Source of the DNA: a virus
Lineage: Duplodnaviria > Caudoviricetes
DNA: 36,148 nucleotides
Direction: 5' to 3' (one strand)
Virus record (IMG/VR): IMGVR_UViG_3300037439_000053
Location: 1-36,148 of that record
Shown: one piece after another, positions 32,632 through 36,148 of the stretch
Position numbering within the stretch: the first letter of the stretch is position 1
How the letters are laid out: every line of letters begins with the position of its first letter
Translations under genes and position numbers: made by a program
The notes under the pieces: model-generated
The model's database searches: none
What the model was told of the DNA's origin: nothing
The model's input: the letters and a program-made list of their open reading frames with translations, nothing else

Positions 32632-33291
32632 TCAGAGACGCTTGTTCGGGTCCAGCGCGAGAATCGCAGCAAGTGCAGCCTGCGAGGAATGACGCTCAGC
32701 CGGCGCCTGCTTGTCAGTCCGCTTGAAGAACCGCGTCAGCTCGTTGTCCGCAGCCAGGGCACGCACCTCATCCAGAGGCGCACTGAACTTCTTGGCCAGG
32801 GACCGCAGACCGACCGACGTGTCCTCGTACGCCGGGGTGTTCACCGGGGCGACGTCGAGGAGCCGTCCACTGACCAGTGTGCGCAGCGGGAAGCCTTGGT
32901 CGCTGGTGGTCCAGTCGTCCTCGAACGCGACGAACGCGAATGACGACTGCCGCACGTCGCCACGCTGCACCAGCTCGTGAACGTCGCCGCGCGACCGCGG
33001 GAGATCGACGTCGTACGTCAGACCGACGTCGTCAATGCCGAGACGCAGCGTGCCAGCGTCCGACGTCCCCAGTAGGGACATGTCGTCATGGTTGTACCGT
33101 GCGACCACACCGGGCCACCCGTCACCACGCGACTTGTTGAAGAAGCCACGGTCGATCTTCTCGACGAAACCGCCGAGGTTCTGCGACATCCGCTCGAACT
33201 TCGCGGCATACCCGCCGATAGTCAGTGAGCTCTCGACGCCGGCTCGGACTTCCACCCGAACCGACGTAAAGCGCCGCTCTGCGTCGCTCAT
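32632..33291 (-). CDS. HK97-family prohead protease
   Basis: GYAAKF...S..LGGF.E.I, NHD, RGDV..SSFAF, DVAPVN.PAY. Confidence 0.93.
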   Translation of the reverse strand: MSDAERRFTSVRVEVRAGVESSLTIGGYAAKFERMSQNLGGFVEKIDRGFFNKSRGDGWPGVVARYNHDDMSLLGTSDAGTLRLGIDDVGLTYDVDLPRSRGDVHELVQRGDVRQSSFAFVAFEDDWTTSDQGFPLRTLVSGRLLDVAPVNTPAYEDTSVGLRSLAKKFSAPLDEVRALAADNELTRFFKRTDKQAPAERHSSQAALAAILALDPNKRL

Positions 33292-34412
33292 GATGGATCC
33301 CCTTCTCGGTTGACCGGACCCGCATTCGGTGCGGGGACGTTGTAGAAGTCGCCACCAGGAACAGGCATGCGGTCCTCCAGGGACCTCGCCTCGTTCACCG
33401 ACATCCGACCATCCTTGATCTGAGCACCAACCACCTCAGTACGCGTACGCACATCGGTACGCACCGTGGCATCAGTGTTCAACTTGATGAACTGCTTCGC
33501 AGGCAGGACACGATTCACCGCCCGCTCGAAACGCTCGATATACGGGCGCATGTTCGCGGCACGGTTAATCTGCCGCAACTCCTCCGTATTGTAGGTCAGC
33601 GACCCACCAGGAGTACCACCAACCTCAGTCGGGTCAATCCCGAAGATCGACGCCGTCTGATTCGCCGTCAGTTTCAGAGTCTCGATGAACTGCGTGTGAT
33701 TCGGCGGGATACTCACCGTCGAGAAATCCCAGTCCGCCCCAGTCACGAACGGCTCACCCTTACGCAGCGACGACACCAGACGCTCACGCACCAGGTTGGC
33801 CTGCCCAGGCTCGAGAACCTTCGCGTTGTTCTTCAGGATGGATGGCGGTGCGCCACCGCCCCGCTGCGGATCCGCGTACTCCTGCGCCGACAGACCCACA
33901 CCGATACCCTCAGCGAAATGCTCAATCGGCGACAGACCTAGCACCTTCCCGGGCGGGACAATCCACGGGATGTGTAGCAAGTTAGACGAACCAACCGGGT
34001 GCCCGAACACGTACCACTGGTGCGATGCCTCGTCATAATTCCAGTCACCAGGGGACAACCACGACACCGACGTCGGAACACCGAACCCCATCGTCTCGTT
34101 GATCCACCCCACCGCGTTACCCCGGGTCGCGATCCCGTAGAACGCCTGACCCAACCACGACACCGCACCAGGCCGGCCTTCAGCATCCAGGCCTGATATC
34201 AGTTGCGGCGGCGAGATCTGGATACGATCCACCCCAACCTTCCGGTACGTGTCCACAGGCAGTGTCGAGCAGAAGTCGACGATGTGACGAATAGACGCGA
34301 ACACAGGCGCCAGATGGGTAGCCGTCTCCGCTGTGACATGCCTTCGCGACGGGTCAGTCGGCACCCACGAATCCATCTGCCGGCGCTCAACCCTGCCGAA
34401 GAACAAGCTCAC
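33288..34412 (-). CDS. HK97-family portal protein
   Basis: RGNA, GLSPIE, Q..E.......A..FGI.P, NEAR..E...P.PGGD; GTG 34412. Confidence 0.93.
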   Translation of the reverse strand: MSLFFGRVERRQMDSWVPTDPSRRHVTAETATHLAPVFASIRHIVDFCSTLPVDTYRKVGVDRIQISPPQLISGLDAEGRPGAVSWLGQAFYGIATRGNAVGWINETMGFGVPTSVSWLSPGDWNYDEASHQWYVFGHPVGSSNLLHIPWIVPPGKVLGLSPIEHFAEGIGVGLSAQEYADPQRGGGAPPSILKNNAKVLEPGQANLVRERLVSSLRKGEPFVTGADWDFSTVSIPPNHTQFIETLKLTANQTASIFGIDPTEVGGTPGGSLTYNTEELRQINRAANMRPYIERFERAVNRVLPAKQFIKLNTDATVRTDVRTRTEVVGAQIKDGRMSVNEARSLEDRMPVPGGDFYNVPAPNAGPVNREGDPS

Positions 34413-34543
34413 GAGGACGCCCTCCACGAAGCGAACAGTGAAGCCACCCCGACAACAGCCAGAGGCAGCGGCCACCAGATGAAGAACGAGAACCCCGCCA
34501 ACAGTGCCACCCCGAGGAGGTCCAGAACGTCAGTCTTCGACAT
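34409..34543 (-). CDS. Small membrane protein between terminase and portal (44 aa, not in ORF track)
   Basis: MSKTDVLDLLGVALLAGFSFFIWWPLPLAVVGVASLFASWRASS; GTGA overlap with portal. Confidence 0.7.
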   Translation of the reverse strand: MSKTDVLDLLGVALLAGFSFFIWWPLPLAVVGVASLFASWRASS

Positions 34544-34554
34544 GCGCCATCCCC

Positions 34555-36078
34555 TCACCCGATCGAGTCCATCACATCATAGTCCGTCACACGCCGAGTG
34601 GCCCACATTGCCCACGTCACAGCCTCCAGCATAGAGATATCCCCATCACGACGCCCGAACACACGCCGATCCCCCACCTTCCGCCACGCCGCGTTCGACA
34701 CAGCATCATTCAACTCCGGGTAATCACCATGCTCAACAGCACCCGAGGATGCCGCCACATCCAGATCAGCACACGCCTCCACCCAATCATCCAAACCACC
34801 CCGAGTCACATCGACACCAGCGAGCTCCAGCTTCGGGATCAGATGACCAGCCGGCCCCTTCACATCCACCACCACAGCACACCCATGCTCATCCTGCGCC
34901 CGCTTCACCTCACCGATGAACTCGAACTGAGACTCAGCCCGAACCCGCAGAACAGAACCAAGATGCGTACGCACACCAGCACCAGCCGCACCCAGAGACA
35001 ACCACACCTGATCCACATCCGAAGCCACCCCGAGCGCACCCGGGGCACCAGCCGGAACCGTAGTAACCAGATCCGCCCACTTCGGGAAGATCGACGAACC
35101 AGACTCCAGCAGACCCGGCCACACATTCAAGTACTGCGACGCCCACCCACGAACAGGGTCAGGATCATCGAACTCCGGCTCATCCTGACCAGCCAGTGCC
35201 GCGGCATACTTCCTCGCCATCAGGTCACGGCGATCCTTCGTCCAATGCGGAGAAGCAGCCTTCCACGTCGCCTCATCCGCGTAGTCCGCGTCAGGATGCG
35301 CGCACCACAACATCAGCAACACATCCGGATCCGCGTCCCTCAGTGCCGCCACCAGGCGCCGCCGCATCAAAGACGTGGCCTTCACATGCGCCGTAGACGT
35401 CAGATGAAGCTGCGCCCACAACCTCTCCAGCAACGCAGGCTCCAGACCATCCGAGATCGACGACGGATCCACACCCCACGACTCATCCACCTGCGCATAC
35501 CCGACGTCATACCCGTACACCGCGGTATCCGCACGCAACAGCCAGCGATCATCCGCACCCGCCTGCACCTCCTGCGCACCACCCAGACGGACCACATTCC
35601 AGCCACGACGCTCAGCCCACGCCCACGCCTGCCGATGGATCTCCTTCCCCACCGCCAAGTCCTTCGACACCAGCATCGCCAACTGAGGCTCACCGATCCG
35701 CTCAGCGTTCGCGATCCGCCACAACGCAGCCACACGCAAACGCACCGACTTCCCGATACGCCGCGGACCCGAATCGATGATCTCCCGCCACACCAGGGCG
35801 CCATCAATGTCGTGCTCCAACTGCCGCGTCAGAGCCAATGCCTGCCACCACCGCAACGTGACACCCATCTCCCGACGCGCCCACTCGATGCACTCCGGAC
35901 CATACGAACCCACCGCCCGAGGATGCCTCGCCGACATCGCCAGAGGAGGCGCCGAATCACCCGGGATATCGAGGAAACCCGACAGCCAATCCGACGACTC
36001 ACACGCCGACATCGGATCAGACCGTGCCGCGAGGATCTGCGCAAGACCCTGAGGAGCCACCGTCGTCACAATCGTCAC
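34555..36078 (-). CDS. terL: Terminase large subunit
   Basis: PRRIGKS Walker A, QVDE Walker B, C-terminal nuclease region; AGGAGG RBS; upstream of portal. Confidence 0.9.
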   Translation of the reverse strand: MTIVTTVAPQGLAQILAARSDPMSACESSDWLSGFLDIPGDSAPPLAMSARHPRAVGSYGPECIEWARREMGVTLRWWQALALTRQLEHDIDGALVWREIIDSGPRRIGKSVRLRVAALWRIANAERIGEPQLAMLVSKDLAVGKEIHRQAWAWAERRGWNVVRLGGAQEVQAGADDRWLLRADTAVYGYDVGYAQVDESWGVDPSSISDGLEPALLERLWAQLHLTSTAHVKATSLMRRRLVAALRDADPDVLLMLWCAHPDADYADEATWKAASPHWTKDRRDLMARKYAAALAGQDEPEFDDPDPVRGWASQYLNVWPGLLESGSSIFPKWADLVTTVPAGAPGALGVASDVDQVWLSLGAAGAGVRTHLGSVLRVRAESQFEFIGEVKRAQDEHGCAVVVDVKGPAGHLIPKLELAGVDVTRGGLDDWVEACADLDVAASSGAVEHGDYPELNDAVSNAAWRKVGDRRVFGRRDGDISMLEAVTWAMWATRRVTDYDVMDSIG

Positions 36079-36137
36079 GCGCTACCTCCTGGGGGTGACC
36101 CGCTCATCTGCCATGTCCGAAACGCTCATCGGAGAGA

Positions 36138-36146
36138 GAAGAAAGA
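36138..36146. repeat. Terminal inverted repeat, right copy (GAAGAAAGA)
   Basis: Pairs with 3-11. Confidence 0.7.
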
Positions 36147-36148
36147 GT

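Larger units (their letters stand above)
1..36148 (-). mobile_element. Actinobacteriophage (siphovirus), probably a complete linear genome
   Basis: Full set of head, tail, lysis, replication and recombination genes in colinear order; HNH at one end and TerL at the other; symmetric terminal 9-bp inverted repeats; no host housekeeping genes. Confidence 0.93.

Noticed and set aside
36082-36129. Tiny ORF MSVSDMADERVTPRR upstream of terL as small terminase
   Set aside because: Only 15 codons, far too short for TerS

Overview
The window looks like an essentially complete ~36 kb, high-GC siphovirus genome from an actinobacterial host (WhiB gene, HK97-type head module, leaderless TANNNT promoters), with almost every gene on the minus strand. 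Read from right to left it carries: terminase large subunit, portal, prohead protease, HK97 capsid, head-tail and tail genes (chaperone with a candidate -1 frameshift; tape measure with an NlpC/P60-like domain), minor tail proteins, a lysis cassette interrupted by an HNH-AP2 endonuclease, and a second structural module with a beta-helix depolymerase-like protein. A short control island follows (15.7-16.4 kb) with the only convincing plus-strand gene (27-aa hydrophobic peptide) facing a candidate tRNA-like structured RNA. Next come an accessory region of modular paralogous genes, a DNA methyltransferase, a tyrosine recombinase, an HTH regulator, a YqaJ exonuclease with a putative annealing partner, WhiB, RusA, a replication initiator, a DnaB-like helicase, a secreted NlpC/P60 peptidase and a terminal HNH endonuclease. 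The two ends carry symmetric 9-bp inverted repeats, consistent with a cos junction, and no small terminase gene is visible. All functional calls come from motif recognition by eye; no searches or folding programs were run.
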